DNA of 64,000 bases, from the NCBI GenBank assembly GCA_965262725.1, contig OZ253555.1, forward strand, positions 384,001-448,000, written 5' to 3'. A program made the position numbers and the translations under genes. Below are positions 10,345 through 20,328 of the stretch, piece by piece (position 1 is the first letter of the stretch; every line of letters starts with the position of its first letter). A model generated the notes under the pieces. That model had not been told where the DNA came from. It did not search any database and saw nothing but the letters and a program-made list of their open reading frames with translations. This DNA comes from Dehalococcoidia bacterium (GTDB lineage: Bacteria > Chloroflexota > Dehalococcoidia > UBA2979).

Positions 10345-10964
10345 CTTCCATCACTCCTTCCCGCCGCGGCGGCGAATGCGCCGTTGCGGCCCTCGAACGC
10401 CTCCAGGGGCGATGCTTCCTTCTCGAACGGGCCCACCCACGGGGTCGGTTCCGCCGGTGCCGGCTCCGGCGCCGGCTCCGCCTCGGGCCGAACCCGTTCC
10501 GGCTCCCGCGGCATGCTCACGGGCGTTCCGAGCTGTGGGGCCACGACGCGCTGGAGCTGCTGCCTGAGCGTCGCCAGCAGCTCCTCGTCGTCCACGTCCC
10601 GGCCTGATGCCGTCAGCGCGAGGAAGAGCACGTGCCGCCTGTGGCCCTCTGCGTCCTCGAACACCTGCAGCAGCGACTCCAGCGGACGCTCCTCGAGCGT
10701 GACCGTGCGCTGCACCACCACGAGCAGGTGCCCGGGCGGCGCCACGCCGAGTCCGCGGAGGTGATCCCGCGTCACGCGCGTGATCGCACGCCTGAGGCGT
10801 CGCCCCTGTCTTCCGTCCACGTCCGCCTCGACCGTCGGGCGCCACGGCCGCCTGCGTGCGGCACACGCGCTCCGCATCGCCGTGAACCGCCGGCCGCACC
10901 AGCTCCGCATGCGGGCCACCGGCCCCGCGGCCCGGCCCCTCCGGCTCCTCTTCCTGCCTGCCAT
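10341..10964 (-). CDS. Hypothetical protein, first gene of the leftward operon
   Basis: AAGGAGA RBS; stop overlaps the next start. Confidence 0.6.
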   Translation of the reverse strand: MAGRKRSRRGRAAGPVARMRSWCGRRFTAMRSACAARRRPWRPTVEADVDGRQGRRLRRAITRVTRDHLRGLGVAPPGHLLVVVQRTVTLEERPLESLLQVFEDAEGHRRHVLFLALTASGRDVDDEELLATLRQQLQRVVAPQLGTPVSMPREPERVRPEAEPAPEPAPAEPTPWVGPFEKEASPLEAFEGRNGAFAAAAGRSDGR

Positions 10965-11046
10965 CCGACTCTCTCCTTCTGCTGCTCCGTCCCGGCTCAT
11001 CGCGGCGGGACGGCCCTTAACTCGATCGCCGAGTCCTCCCCGGCAC

Positions 11047-11080
11047 AGAAAAACCCCGTGGCACGGGAGCCGTACGGGGC
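11047..11080 (-). terminator. Intrinsic terminator-like hairpin in the leader
   Basis: Minus strand CCCCGTACGGC-TCCCGT-GCCACGGGG followed by TTTTTCT. Confidence 0.55.
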
Positions 11081-11476
11081 CGCTTCGCCGCCGACACCCG
11101 ACCCGCGGCACGCGCGGGGCGATGCCGCAGCTCGCCTCTGCGAGGCCTCGGGTCTCAGTCGTCGCTCGTGGTCGCCTCTATGCGAACCGGGGCCGGTCCG
11201 CTTCATTCGTCTTCCTCGGTTGTCCTCCTCCGCCTGTCGAACCTCTCGGTCCGCCGTGTCGCTGTCTCGCTGCCTTCCCTGCCGCTCGTGCACCTCCTCT
11301 ACCGTCACTCGTCCCCGGGTTGCCCTGTCTGCTCGATTCGATGCCTACCGCGGAGAGCTCTGCTCGTTGCCTCGGGTGAGGGTGATCCGTGCCTGCGTCC
11401 CGGATGAGCGATCCGTGCCGGTTACTCTTCTCCCTGGAGTTGGCGGTACCGGCGAAACGCACTGCTGACAAGGGGA

Positions 11477-11559
11477 AGGCTACGCCCAGACGTTCACAGA
11501 AAGTTCCGGCTGCGTTCCATGAGAGTTCACAACGTTCCGGATTTCTTCCGGATTTGTTC
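11477..11559 (-). promoter_or_regulatory. Phased GAAC array with -10-like TAGCCT (leftward promoter)
   Basis: GTTC at 11492, 11503, 11514, 11525, 11534, (CTTC 11545), 11556; near-identical inverted copy at 62698-62765. Confidence 0.7.
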
Positions 11560-11917
11560 CTTTTCCGCCGTGCGGGGCCGATTGGCGCCGCCAGCCCCGT
11601 CCCGGAGGGCGCCGCGACTCCCGGGCTGCGGGAATGACCCGGAACGATGGGCACGGCGCCGGCCGCACGGCCGTGGACGCGGCTCGACCCCGGTCCAGGC
11701 TGGTCGCACGAGCGATCAGCCGCGTGCCGCCGGTCCGCTACCTCAGCAGCGCATGGATTGAATCTGGGCACGCGACCGTCGGAACCTCTCCCGGGGCCCC
11801 TGCCCGTGGCCCACGCCGTCCGGTCAGGGCCGTGCGGGCCCGCTCGGGCGCCCGCGCACGGGCCGGCCACGGGCCCGCGGCTTCGCCCGGGCAGGCGACT
11901 CCGCCTTCGGGTCGCAG

Positions 11918-11969
11918 GAACGCCCTGTGAACAAATCCGGAACAAATTAGGAGCGGATCTTTGTATTTT
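11918..11969 (+). promoter_or_regulatory. Phased GAAC array with -10-like TATTTT (rightward promoter)
   Basis: GAAC at 11918, 11929, 11940, GAGC at 11951, 9 nt, then TATTTT. Confidence 0.65.
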
Positions 11970-12585
11970 GTTTTCTTGAACGGGGTGTGCAGGTCGCGTT
12001 CTGGCTCGCTCACGGACGATCCGTGCATCCCCACAGCGAGCAGCACGTCCCGGCAGTCGGCTCTGTCCTCAGCGGTGGTGATCCCGCCTCAGCAGACGTG
12101 CGGCTTCTTGCGAACTCACGGGTGCTGGACGAGTTCACTGCTGGAGTCGGTACCGGTCGGTCGCATGGCGACTGCCGGTCACGCACGGGCGAGATGCCAG
12201 GAGAGGCGACGACCCTCGTCGTGCTGCCTGAGCGCATCCACGACGTCGTGGTACCGCTGGCCGAGCGGCGCCGCCGACCGAAGGCTCCGCAGGTGTGCAC
12301 GACGCCGGCCTGCACCCCCGCACGGGGACCCGTTTGCGCGGCGAAGGCCGTCCTCGTCGCCCCAGGCCGCCGGCGGCAGTGCCTGCCCGGCACGGCTCCA
12401 CCGAAGGCCCTGACCGCCGTGGGTGCGGGGAGATGCACAGAGGTGCCTCGCCGATTCTGGGACAATGGGGTCTGACGGCCTTCCGCCCCTGACGCCGCCG
12501 ACCGCCGGGAGCGGCGGGTCGCCGGCCACACCGGGGCGGGAGCGCCGCGGGACCGCATTGCTGGAGATGGGGAACGGAGGATCTG

Positions 12586-12843
12586 ATGCCCACATTCACG
12601 AAGGTGAACCCTGATGATGTCGCCGTCGGTCGCGGGCGCGCCGGTGCGGAGAGGCGGAAGCCCTACATCGAGGCGCTGAAAGCGGGCGACGCGGGGAGCG
12701 TGGAGCTTGAGCGCGGCGAGAAGCCGGCGACCGTGAAGCGGCTGCTCCAGGAAGCGGCACGCCAGTCGAACATCCGCATCCGCTGCTCGTGGACGGACGG
12801 CCAGCAGCGCATGCTGGTGTGGAAGAAAGTCGGCGCGCGCTAG
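12586..12843 (+). CDS. Small basic hypothetical protein, possibly nucleic-acid binding
   Basis: GGAGG RBS; 85 aa basic alpha/beta sequence. Confidence 0.7.
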   Translation: MPTFTKVNPDDVAVGRGRAGAERRKPYIEALKAGDAGSVELERGEKPATVKRLLQEAARQSNIRIRCSWTDGQQRMLVWKKVGAR

Positions 12844-13047
12844 GCGGCGCAGGGAGCGCCGGGAGGGCCCCGGCGGATCCGCCTCGCGGCCGGCACCCCG
12901 CGCCGACTGTGCAGCGCGGCGGCAACTCGCACGTAGCGCTTGCCGCGCGCGCCGCCGTGCGGGCCGCGCACCGAACGGATAGTGCTCCGCGTGCCGCCTG
13001 CGAAGCAGGTGGAGCGCTCGAGGGGACGAGCTCGGGAAGGCAGGAGC

Positions 13048-13251
13048 ATGACCGCTGCCTTCTACGTCAACGAAGACAGGCCGACCGGCTCGGCCACGAT
13101 CCACCAGGCGGGGGGCCCCTGCCTGGTCCCCCAGCGAAAGCGGGCGCGCGATGGGCAATGGCACGGACCGTTTCGACTCAAGGAGGGGGCCCTGAGAGTC
13201 GCCCGTGACGTCGGCCGCAACGTCTACGAATGCCAGCGCTGTAACCCCTGA
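13048..13251 (+). CDS. Small Cys/His (putative Zn-binding) protein, copy 1
   Basis: AGGAG RBS; H-x5-C and CQRC; near-identical copy at 32184. Confidence 0.8.
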   Translation: MTAAFYVNEDRPTGSATIHQAGGPCLVPQRKRARDGQWHGPFRLKEGALRVARDVGRNVYECQRCNP

Positions 13252-13455
13252 CGCCGGGCGGAGCGGCCGTCGCCGCCCCGAAGGACCGACCGCCCGCGCA
13301 GAGCTCCCTCGGACACGATCAGTCGGCCGGTCCCCGAGCGTCTGCGTGCGCCGCGCTGCGTCCGCGACCGGTCGTCGGTGTCCGCAAACGGGCAGTGCGG
13401 CGCGTGCGCGCCCGAGCGGCGCGCGGGCGGCGGCTTCTGACCCACGGAACCACCA

Positions 13456-14340
13456 TTAGATCGACTGAAAGAAGCTCGCCTCAACGGTCACTCTCTCGAC
13501 CGTCTCGGTTCGTACGCCGAGATCAAGCCTCTTGAGGTGATCGCACAACTCGTTGCCGTCGATCAAGTCGATGGCCGGAGCCCCATCGCGTACCGCTTCC
13601 TGCTCCGCGCTCGGGCTGAAACGGCCCGTTGTCAGGAAGAGGCCCTTGTCGGCGCGACCAACCATCGATCCCCGAAAGTCTCGAATCGCCCCTGAGCCAA
13701 CCGAACCCGCATAGCGCTTGCACTGGAAGACGATCTGGAACGAGATGAGGTTGACCCGCAGGACGCCAATGCCGTCAATCCCGCCGTCGCCCGAGCGTCC
13801 GGTGACCTCCACCTTGGTGAATCCGCTTTCCCTGAGAAGCCGCTGGCAGAGACGCTCGAAGGCGTCCGGGTGCATCTCCCTCGACGCGCCGAGCAATTCG
13901 TCTGTCCAGTCGGTGTCCGCGTCGTCTTCCGTGCTGCCGAGTGAGTCAGCCGCGGGGGCGTTCTTGGCCCCACGGGTAAAGGATCTTCGGTAGCTTCGAA
14001 TGTGCTCAAGAATCCTGTCCCGAACGTCGTCCTCCGCCGTGACGGCCTCCGCCGTGAGCTCTCGTCCGTACGCGGTTATCGACCACACGCCCCGGCTACT
14101 GTTCGTTGCCGCGTCCATGCGTTTGAGGAAGGTCCGTGCCCAGGCCGCCTGGTAGTAGAACTCCGTTTTCGGACCGTTGCCGTGCGCCACCTCGCGCACG
14201 GCATCCGGAAGCTCCAGGAGGGCTGCCAAGTCCTCGGAGATCTCCCGAGTGGAGGCTGACCCACCTCGCTGTTGGAGAACCCGGAGGATCGGCAGGCATA
14301 GCTCTTCACGGGTGGGGACGCGGTCGGCCAGGGAATCCAC
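13456..14340 (-). CDS. mrr: Mrr type IV restriction endonuclease
   Basis: Mrr_N (WARTFLK..SRGVW) plus Mrr_cat (FERLC..DGGIDG..QCKRY..LIDG). Confidence 0.93.
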   Translation of the reverse strand: MDSLADRVPTREELCLPILRVLQQRGGSASTREISEDLAALLELPDAVREVAHGNGPKTEFYYQAAWARTFLKRMDAATNSSRGVWSITAYGRELTAEAVTAEDDVRDRILEHIRSYRRSFTRGAKNAPAADSLGSTEDDADTDWTDELLGASREMHPDAFERLCQRLLRESGFTKVEVTGRSGDGGIDGIGVLRVNLISFQIVFQCKRYAGSVGSGAIRDFRGSMVGRADKGLFLTTGRFSPSAEQEAVRDGAPAIDLIDGNELCDHLKRLDLGVRTETVERVTVEASFFQSI

Positions 14341-14505
14341 CCGCGCATTATGCACACGCGGTGTGCAAGGTCGCCTTACCGCACCAGAGGCCTCGACCCC
14401 GAGACGGGTGTGCTCGCGACTCCCGCGTACGGGCACGGTATCCGTTGCCGAGATCGGCCAGCGCCTGATGGGCCAGACCGACGGCGAGCGAATGCGTGAC
14501 GCGCG

Positions 14506-17500
14506 CTATTCGTTCTCGCCGCTCGGCGAATCCGGGTCCGCCGCTGTCGCGAAGCGGTACACGCGACTCTTCGCCTGGCGTACGCCCGAGAGGGTCATCC
14601 CCCTGTCATCCGTCGGGCGCAGCTGCCCGAGGGGATCGACGATCACGCGTACGGTTGGCCGGGCATCGACACCCTCGATACCGGACACGACGACGAGGAA
14701 GAAGCCGGGTGTGGTGCGTGCCCGCTTCACCTCGGCCGCCGTCAGCGATACCTGATCCGGCTCGGCACCCGCGCTGACCTTCAGCTCATAGAAGTGGCCC
14801 AGCTGGTCGATCGCGTCGGCCCCAACGCCCCGTTGGGCGCGGAGATCCACGATCTCGTCGCCGTCGGTGTCGAGCAGCATCCGCAGGATCTCGAGCCCCA
14901 CGTTCTCCTGCTCGAGGGCCGAGTACCCGCGCAGGGTGCTCCGGTTGCGGGGCGCGCTCGATCCCGGGTTCGGCTCGGCAAGATCCACGTCGCGATGCGC
15001 CCGAGCACCGATGCCGCCTGCGGGAGCCGAGTCGGGGCGTGCCCCCTCCTCCGCTCCACCCGGCGAATCGAGGAGCCTCAGCCAACGCGGGTCCACCAGC
15101 ACGCGCGGCGCACCCATCTCCGATGCCGGATGATCGGCCTCGCGCCCATCGTCGGCGGCGCCCGAAGGCCGAGCGTCGCCCGCGGCCCGTCCGGCGGCGC
15201 CGCCAGCTGCGCGACGCCCGGCTCCCGTTCGCGCGTCAATCCCCGCCAGGCGCCTCTCGATCTCCGCCTCGTTCTGTGCCTGCTCGCGCTGGGCGCGTTC
15301 GTTGGCCAGTTCCACGCGATTCGCCTCGCGTCCATCCTCGGCCTGGTCCCAGGCGGCCCGCCACGCCTGCGCGAGCTGCCGCGGATCCCCTCCGAACAGC
15401 GCGGCGATCGCCCGCCCGCCCCCATCCACGCGTGGGAGCACCGAGGGATCGCGGACGAACACCGTGCGGAGGGCGGGCTCCACCTTCGCCGCGACGCGGG
15501 CGGTGTGCACCTCGCTCACGGCGCCCACGACCGCGGGGACGCTCAACTCGAGGCTGGGATGCACGCTCACCCCGAACTCGCCGAGGTTCTCCCACGGAAC
15601 CGTCACGCTCGCTGCCAGCTGCGGGTCGTTGCGGGCGAGATCCTCATGGAGAAGCCGAAGCGCCGCTCGGAACAGCTCCGTTGAGTCCTCATCCTCGTGG
15701 GCGAGCGTCGGTTCGATCACCGCGGAGTCGGCGGTGCGGAGCTCGGTCACGCGCAGCGGGCCGAGGAGCGGTCGGAACTGTTCGAGCTCGCCGCCCGGCT
15801 CCCAGAGCGGCAGGCCGCCACGAAGCCCCTCGGCGAGGACGCGGTCATTCGTCGCATACACCGGGCGCGCGCGCGCCCGATCGCGTACCCAGCCCAGGCT
15901 CGTCCACAGCGGTAGCCGCGCGAGGGTGGGCGCCTTCACAACGTTCCCCCGCGAGTGATGCGAAGCGAGCGCCCGGAGCGTCTCGAGCAGGATGGTCAGC
16001 TCGGTGCCATCCGGCGCGCGCCGGCGGCGGGCGATCGTGCGGATCACGGCCACGCAGTCGTCTGGTGAGGGCTCCCGGAGACCGAGTGCGCGCCAGAGCG
16101 GCTCGGTGCCCTCGACAGCCGGGGCGAACGCCCGGTGGTCGCCGAATATGGGTGGCCCCGCGAGAACGCTCCGCGGAGGAAGCCAGCCCGCTTTCGTGAG
16201 GACGAGGCCTCGGCCGCGCTCGAACGCCCTGCGCAACTCGTTCTCGGTGAGATCAGAGCGAGAGTTCCGCGTCGTGAGCGAACGGGACAGAGCCCGGTAG
16301 ACAACGGCGACATCCGCGATCGTGCCGCCGGACGGGGATGCGGCCCGCAACTGATCGAGCCGGCGGACGAGCGCGGAGCGGCCGGGGTCGGTGGTGACGC
16401 CGAGCGCGCCGAGCACGTCGGGTCGCGTGGAGCGAGGAAGGTCGCGGTGAAGATAGCCCGGCGCGTCGTCACCGTAGATGGCCTCGGTCCCCGGAGTTCT
16501 GACGCGCAGCTCGGCCGGCCGGCGCGCGATCCCGCTCTCGTCGTCGAGCCAGGCAACAGCCGAGGCTTGCCAGAGCCAGAACGCGCGGACCCGCCCCCTC
16601 ATCTGCCAGTTGTGGTACTCCGCCGCGGCGTCGACTTCGGCGATGTCGCCCAGTCGCCGGTCCCACGCTCGGCCCAGGGTCGCAAGCAGCGCGCCGGCGC
16701 GCTCGCGCCTCCGTCTCTTGCCGCGCTCGCGGGTGATGTCCCGGACCACTGCCAGGAGGTCGGGGCTGTCGTAATCGTCGAGGGTGTAGGTCGCCTCACG
16801 CTCCCGCAACGCCTGACGGCGGGAGGACACGCCGCCGGCAACCCCGGCGGGCAGGCCTTTGCGGCGGTCGACATAGCGCAGCTCGAGCTGCGGGTGCGCT
16901 CGTGCGCGGGGTGCCGTCTCGGCCCCGAGCAGCCGCAGGAACTGGAGTGCTCCGATCCCGCCCCGACCGGCGGGCGAACGGAGCACGCGCGCGTACCGTC
17001 CACCGAGCCACACGAGCCCGGGCGTTTCCCGGGCCGCCACCGCGAAGCTGTCCGGCTCCCGATCGACGGTTCGGGGCAGATACGCATCCGCGGGGCGAGC
17101 GCTGAGGGTCCTGCGCCGCTTCCGGTCGTAGGTGTATGCCTCGAGGGCCACGGCGCGACCGACGTCAGCCCCGAGCTCGTCGCGTTCCGTCGGGTTCATT
17201 GGCTCGAAGGCGTTCCGCAGTGCCTGCACCTGCTCGTCCGTGAGGGGCGCATCGAGCCTGCGTCCCGATCGACCGGCAGCGGCGAGACGGCGGACCACCG
17301 CGCGATCGTCGGAGCCGTCGAGGAGGGCTCCCGACTCGCGGAGCCACGCGAGGACTGCGGGGGCTCCGTCGCCGTCGCCGAGGTGGGCGGGGTGCAACAG
17401 CGTCACGACGCCGAGCTGCTCCGCCAGCGGGGTCGCGCTCGCCGCGAGGGCCTCCGGTGCGTCCTGGGGTGGAGGGACGAGGCGCCGGCGGTCCTGGGCG

Positions 17501-19101
17501 ATCACGAACGGGAGCGTGAGCAGGCGCGCGCCGAGGCCCTCGCCGAGAGCCGCCGCGGCGAGGGCGATCGTGGCATCCGGGGCCCGGGCGTCGTCGCCCA
17601 CGAGCTCGAGTGCTTGTTCGACGCTCACTGGCTCGGGAAGGTCTGCACCGGCTGCTCGCCAGTCCTCCAGCACGGCTCGCCAGCGGCCGGCCCGGTCCCT
17701 GACCGCGCTGGGGATCGCCGCCGGGAGGCCGGCCAGTTCGGCCGTCTCGGCCGCGGTCAGGATCCCCTCCAGCGCTCGCGCCTCGACCGCGAGCTCCGCC
17801 AGGCGGACGCGGCCGCGACCGGGCACGGGGAACGCGAGGTGGGAAGCGATCCACCGCCTCGCGCGATCGGTGATCGCCTTCTCCAGGGCGCGGACTACCG
17901 GCGATGTCGTTTCGTCCTCGTCGGAGCCCGCGATCGGCATGGCGTGCCACGCGACTCCGGGATCGCGCTGGAAGAGGTCGAGCGCCGCGTGCGACCAGAG
18001 CTCGGCGATCCGGGGCAGGAGCGAGAGGTTCCAGTCGCTGTGTGCGAAGTCGCGGCGGCTCGCGAGCGGGTCGAACTGCGCGTTCACGAACAGCGGCAAT
18101 CGCGTCGAGGCGACGGGGAGTCCCTCGTGGACCTGTCCGGTCTCGACGGGGCGGAGCGGTAGCGCCACGGAGACCGGGACCGTGGAGTCGGTGGCCTTCA
18201 TGGCCCGCATGACGCCGGCGGGCGCGGAGACCTCGGTGCTGTAGACGGCCCACGAGCGCCCGTCCGCCGACTCCACTCGCTGCCGGGACGCGGTTCGGGC
18301 TCCGGGAGACGGGGGCGGGCCCAGTTCGCCCTCGTCCCGACGGGAGAGCGCGAGTTCGTGAACCACGTCGCCTTCCGGCGCGAGCAGGGTGACTCGCGAG
18401 ACGCTGCGAAGGAAGAGCAGGGCGGCATCGTCCCAGCGTTGGAGCCACTGCTCGACATCCGCCAGGCTCACGACGCCCGGTTCCAGCGGCACCCGCAGGG
18501 TGGTCCAGCCCGCCCCGCCGAACCACGCCGGCAGAGCGGGCGGCTCGATCGGCGTGACGGGGGGCTTGCCGCCGAGGCGCACGTGGTACGGGTGGCAGTG
18601 GACCTCGAGCGTGCTCGAGAGCGATCGGAGGGTCATGAGCCCGATCCCGAAGCGACCGATCGCGTCGGCTTCGTCACGCTTCGTACTGAGCCACGGCGTC
18701 GCCAGGCCGAGCACATGGCGCAGGCGCACCGGCCGGCCGTTGTGGCCTACCAGCAAGTCGGTCGGCCTCAGGAGCAGCCGGACCTGCGAGGCCCCGACAT
18801 CGTCGGCGTTCTGGACGATCTCGGAGAGCCCCTGGAGCCGATCGCTCGACAGCAGGCTGCCGCTGCTGAGACCAGCATCCAGGACACGCTTGGCGACGCC
18901 CGAGAGACGCTCGAATGCCTCACCCAGCTCCCGGGTCGCCGCCCGGGCTTCGGAGACATCGCGCGGTTCGTAGGTGGGCTCCGCACCGTCCTCGGCGTCG
19001 AACAACCGCCTGGCGGCATCCACGGCGAGCCGGACTCGCTCACCTCCAGCGTCCTGGGCCTCAGTCATGTCCTGGGCCCGGATCCAGGAGCGCCAGGCCA
19101 C
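14506..19101 (-). CDS. Sacsin-like GHKL ATPase with C-terminal DUF3883/NO VEIN-type PD-(D/E)XK nuclease
   Basis: EIVQNADD..HNG..STK..IGRFGIG; C-terminal GVGAD..YELKV..LTAAE. Confidence 0.85.
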   Translation of the reverse strand: MAWRSWIRAQDMTEAQDAGGERVRLAVDAARRLFDAEDGAEPTYEPRDVSEARAATRELGEAFERLSGVAKRVLDAGLSSGSLLSSDRLQGLSEIVQNADDVGASQVRLLLRPTDLLVGHNGRPVRLRHVLGLATPWLSTKRDEADAIGRFGIGLMTLRSLSSTLEVHCHPYHVRLGGKPPVTPIEPPALPAWFGGAGWTTLRVPLEPGVVSLADVEQWLQRWDDAALLFLRSVSRVTLLAPEGDVVHELALSRRDEGELGPPPSPGARTASRQRVESADGRSWAVYSTEVSAPAGVMRAMKATDSTVPVSVALPLRPVETGQVHEGLPVASTRLPLFVNAQFDPLASRRDFAHSDWNLSLLPRIAELWSHAALDLFQRDPGVAWHAMPIAGSDEDETTSPVVRALEKAITDRARRWIASHLAFPVPGRGRVRLAELAVEARALEGILTAAETAELAGLPAAIPSAVRDRAGRWRAVLEDWRAAGADLPEPVSVEQALELVGDDARAPDATIALAAAALGEGLGARLLTLPFVIAQDRRRLVPPPQDAPEALAASATPLAEQLGVVTLLHPAHLGDGDGAPAVLAWLRESGALLDGSDDRAVVRRLAAAGRSGRRLDAPLTDEQVQALRNAFEPMNPTERDELGADVGRAVALEAYTYDRKRRRTLSARPADAYLPRTVDREPDSFAVAARETPGLVWLGGRYARVLRSPAGRGGIGALQFLRLLGAETAPRARAHPQLELRYVDRRKGLPAGVAGGVSSRRQALREREATYTLDDYDSPDLLAVVRDITRERGKRRRRERAGALLATLGRAWDRRLGDIAEVDAAAEYHNWQMRGRVRAFWLWQASAVAWLDDESGIARRPAELRVRTPGTEAIYGDDAPGYLHRDLPRSTRPDVLGALGVTTDPGRSALVRRLDQLRAASPSGGTIADVAVVYRALSRSLTTRNSRSDLTENELRRAFERGRGLVLTKAGWLPPRSVLAGPPIFGDHRAFAPAVEGTEPLWRALGLREPSPDDCVAVIRTIARRRRAPDGTELTILLETLRALASHHSRGNVVKAPTLARLPLWTSLGWVRDRARARPVYATNDRVLAEGLRGGLPLWEPGGELEQFRPLLGPLRVTELRTADSAVIEPTLAHEDEDSTELFRAALRLLHEDLARNDPQLAASVTVPWENLGEFGVSVHPSLELSVPAVVGAVSEVHTARVAAKVEPALRTVFVRDPSVLPRVDGGGRAIAALFGGDPRQLAQAWRAAWDQAEDGREANRVELANERAQREQAQNEAEIERRLAGIDARTGAGRRAAGGAAGRAAGDARPSGAADDGREADHPASEMGAPRVLVDPRWLRLLDSPGGAEEGARPDSAPAGGIGARAHRDVDLAEPNPGSSAPRNRSTLRGYSALEQENVGLEILRMLLDTDGDEIVDLRAQRGVGADAIDQLGHFYELKVSAGAEPDQVSLTAAEVKRARTTPGFFLVVVSGIEGVDARPTVRVIVDPLGQLRPTDDRGMTLSGVRQAKSRVYRFATAADPDSPSGENE

Positions 19102-19316
19102 CTGGTGATGGGGGCGTGAGGTGGAAGTCCTCTACGGCACAGCGCGAGCTGTCGATAGCGTTCCGTGGGCCGCGCGCGGGTCGCCGAGAGGCGGACCGTG
19201 AAGGGTCCGTAGCGCGGAGCGCGGGCGGGGCTGTTGCGAGAGGTCCCGGGCACCAGTGTCTGTGGCTCACCCAAGAGGAATCTCCGCGGCGCCGCGCACT
19301 GCACCAGGCACTCGCG

Positions 19317-19961
19317 CTACTCGTCGTCCCGCTCTCCGTGCTCAGTGCGCTCCCTCAGGTCGGCGAGCGATTCGCCGTTGAAGTACCAGAGGTGCGCGGC
19401 CGAGATCCAGTACGATCCCAGTCCGCCTCTACGCCGGATCTCGTTCGCGGCGGCGGTCAGCGATGTCTCTTGCCCCTCGAATTCGATCCGGCGGCGCGAG
19501 ACTACCGTGGCCGTGAACCCGGGCTCAGCTTCGGAGCCGGAGTCGTCATCGCTCCCGAAGTGCAGCACCGCTCCTGGCTCTAGCCCCACCATCTCGAAGT
19601 TGAACTTCTCTCGACGCTGCTTGGAGGCTTCCAGTGCTCGTCCAGCTTCCTCGTCTTCAACGACATCGGCCGCAGGCGTCACGTCGCGTCCCCCGGTCAA
19701 ACGCATGGCCGCAACGACGCGCTGCGCGTTGACCCGGAAAAACTCGCGGCTCCGGCGTACGCGCTGGTCACCGAATGCCTCATGCAGCAGGCGTTCGGCC
19801 CCGATGTGGTCCTCGACCTCCAGGGCGAGCGCGCACACGAAGGGCACCGGGACGCTCGTGTTGTCGAGTTGGCGCAGGCGCTGCTCGATGTCGGTCGTGC
19901 AACCGATCTTCACGACGTCGGGCATCTCCGGGTTTTCGAGACAGTAGACGATACCTGGCAT
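19317..19961 (-). CDS. GIY-YIG (T5orf172-type) protein with RAMA-like C-terminus
   Basis: GIVYCLEN..VKIGCT..QRLRQL..E..LH..REFF; C-terminus FEGQETSLTAAA..WYFNGESL..LR. Confidence 0.8.
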   Translation of the reverse strand: MPGIVYCLENPEMPDVVKIGCTTDIEQRLRQLDNTSVPVPFVCALALEVEDHIGAERLLHEAFGDQRVRRSREFFRVNAQRVVAAMRLTGGRDVTPAADVVEDEEAGRALEASKQRREKFNFEMVGLEPGAVLHFGSDDDSGSEAEPGFTATVVSRRRIEFEGQETSLTAAANEIRRRGGLGSYWISAAHLWYFNGESLADLRERTEHGERDDE

Positions 19962-20328
19962 GCGGCTCCGTTCGTGCCGGCCGCGAGCCCGTGCAGGCCA
20001 CGAGGCCGTCCCTGAAGATCAGAGGGCCATCTTCGTCACCGCGAGTGAACGTGCTCACCAGCCGCTTCCCCTCAGGGAGGGTCGGTGCGCACGAGAGTAT
20101 CCGAACCGTAAGGCGGCCCGCCAGAGAGCCAACGCCTGAGCCTTGGTCCACGTCCCGCTAGATCCAAAGCGAGTGCGCCCACGTGCAGACGCATTCCGCC
20201 GCTCAGGGCCCTGGTCGGTGCCGTCGAGGTATAGCCAGAAGTTGTGGATGAGCCAGGAGAGAGAGGCGGCGTACCCTCCCTGAGTCAACAGGAGTGGCCG
20301 GGAAGCCGGCCGGGGAGGAGTACGCCGG

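Noticed and set aside
11492-11559. Host LexA boxes
   Set aside because: GTTC-N7-GTTC matches the alphaproteobacterial LexA motif, but gene content looks monoderm (expected GAAC-N4-GTTC) and arrays of 7-8 boxes are atypical; kept only as an alternative.
16135-18244. Long antisense ORFs (also 45526-47088, 54625-56673 and others)
   Set aside because: High-GC shadows of well-supported genes on the opposite strand.
19780-20225. Gene interrupted by IS256
   Set aside because: Joining the flanks across the TSD gave no recognisable protein.
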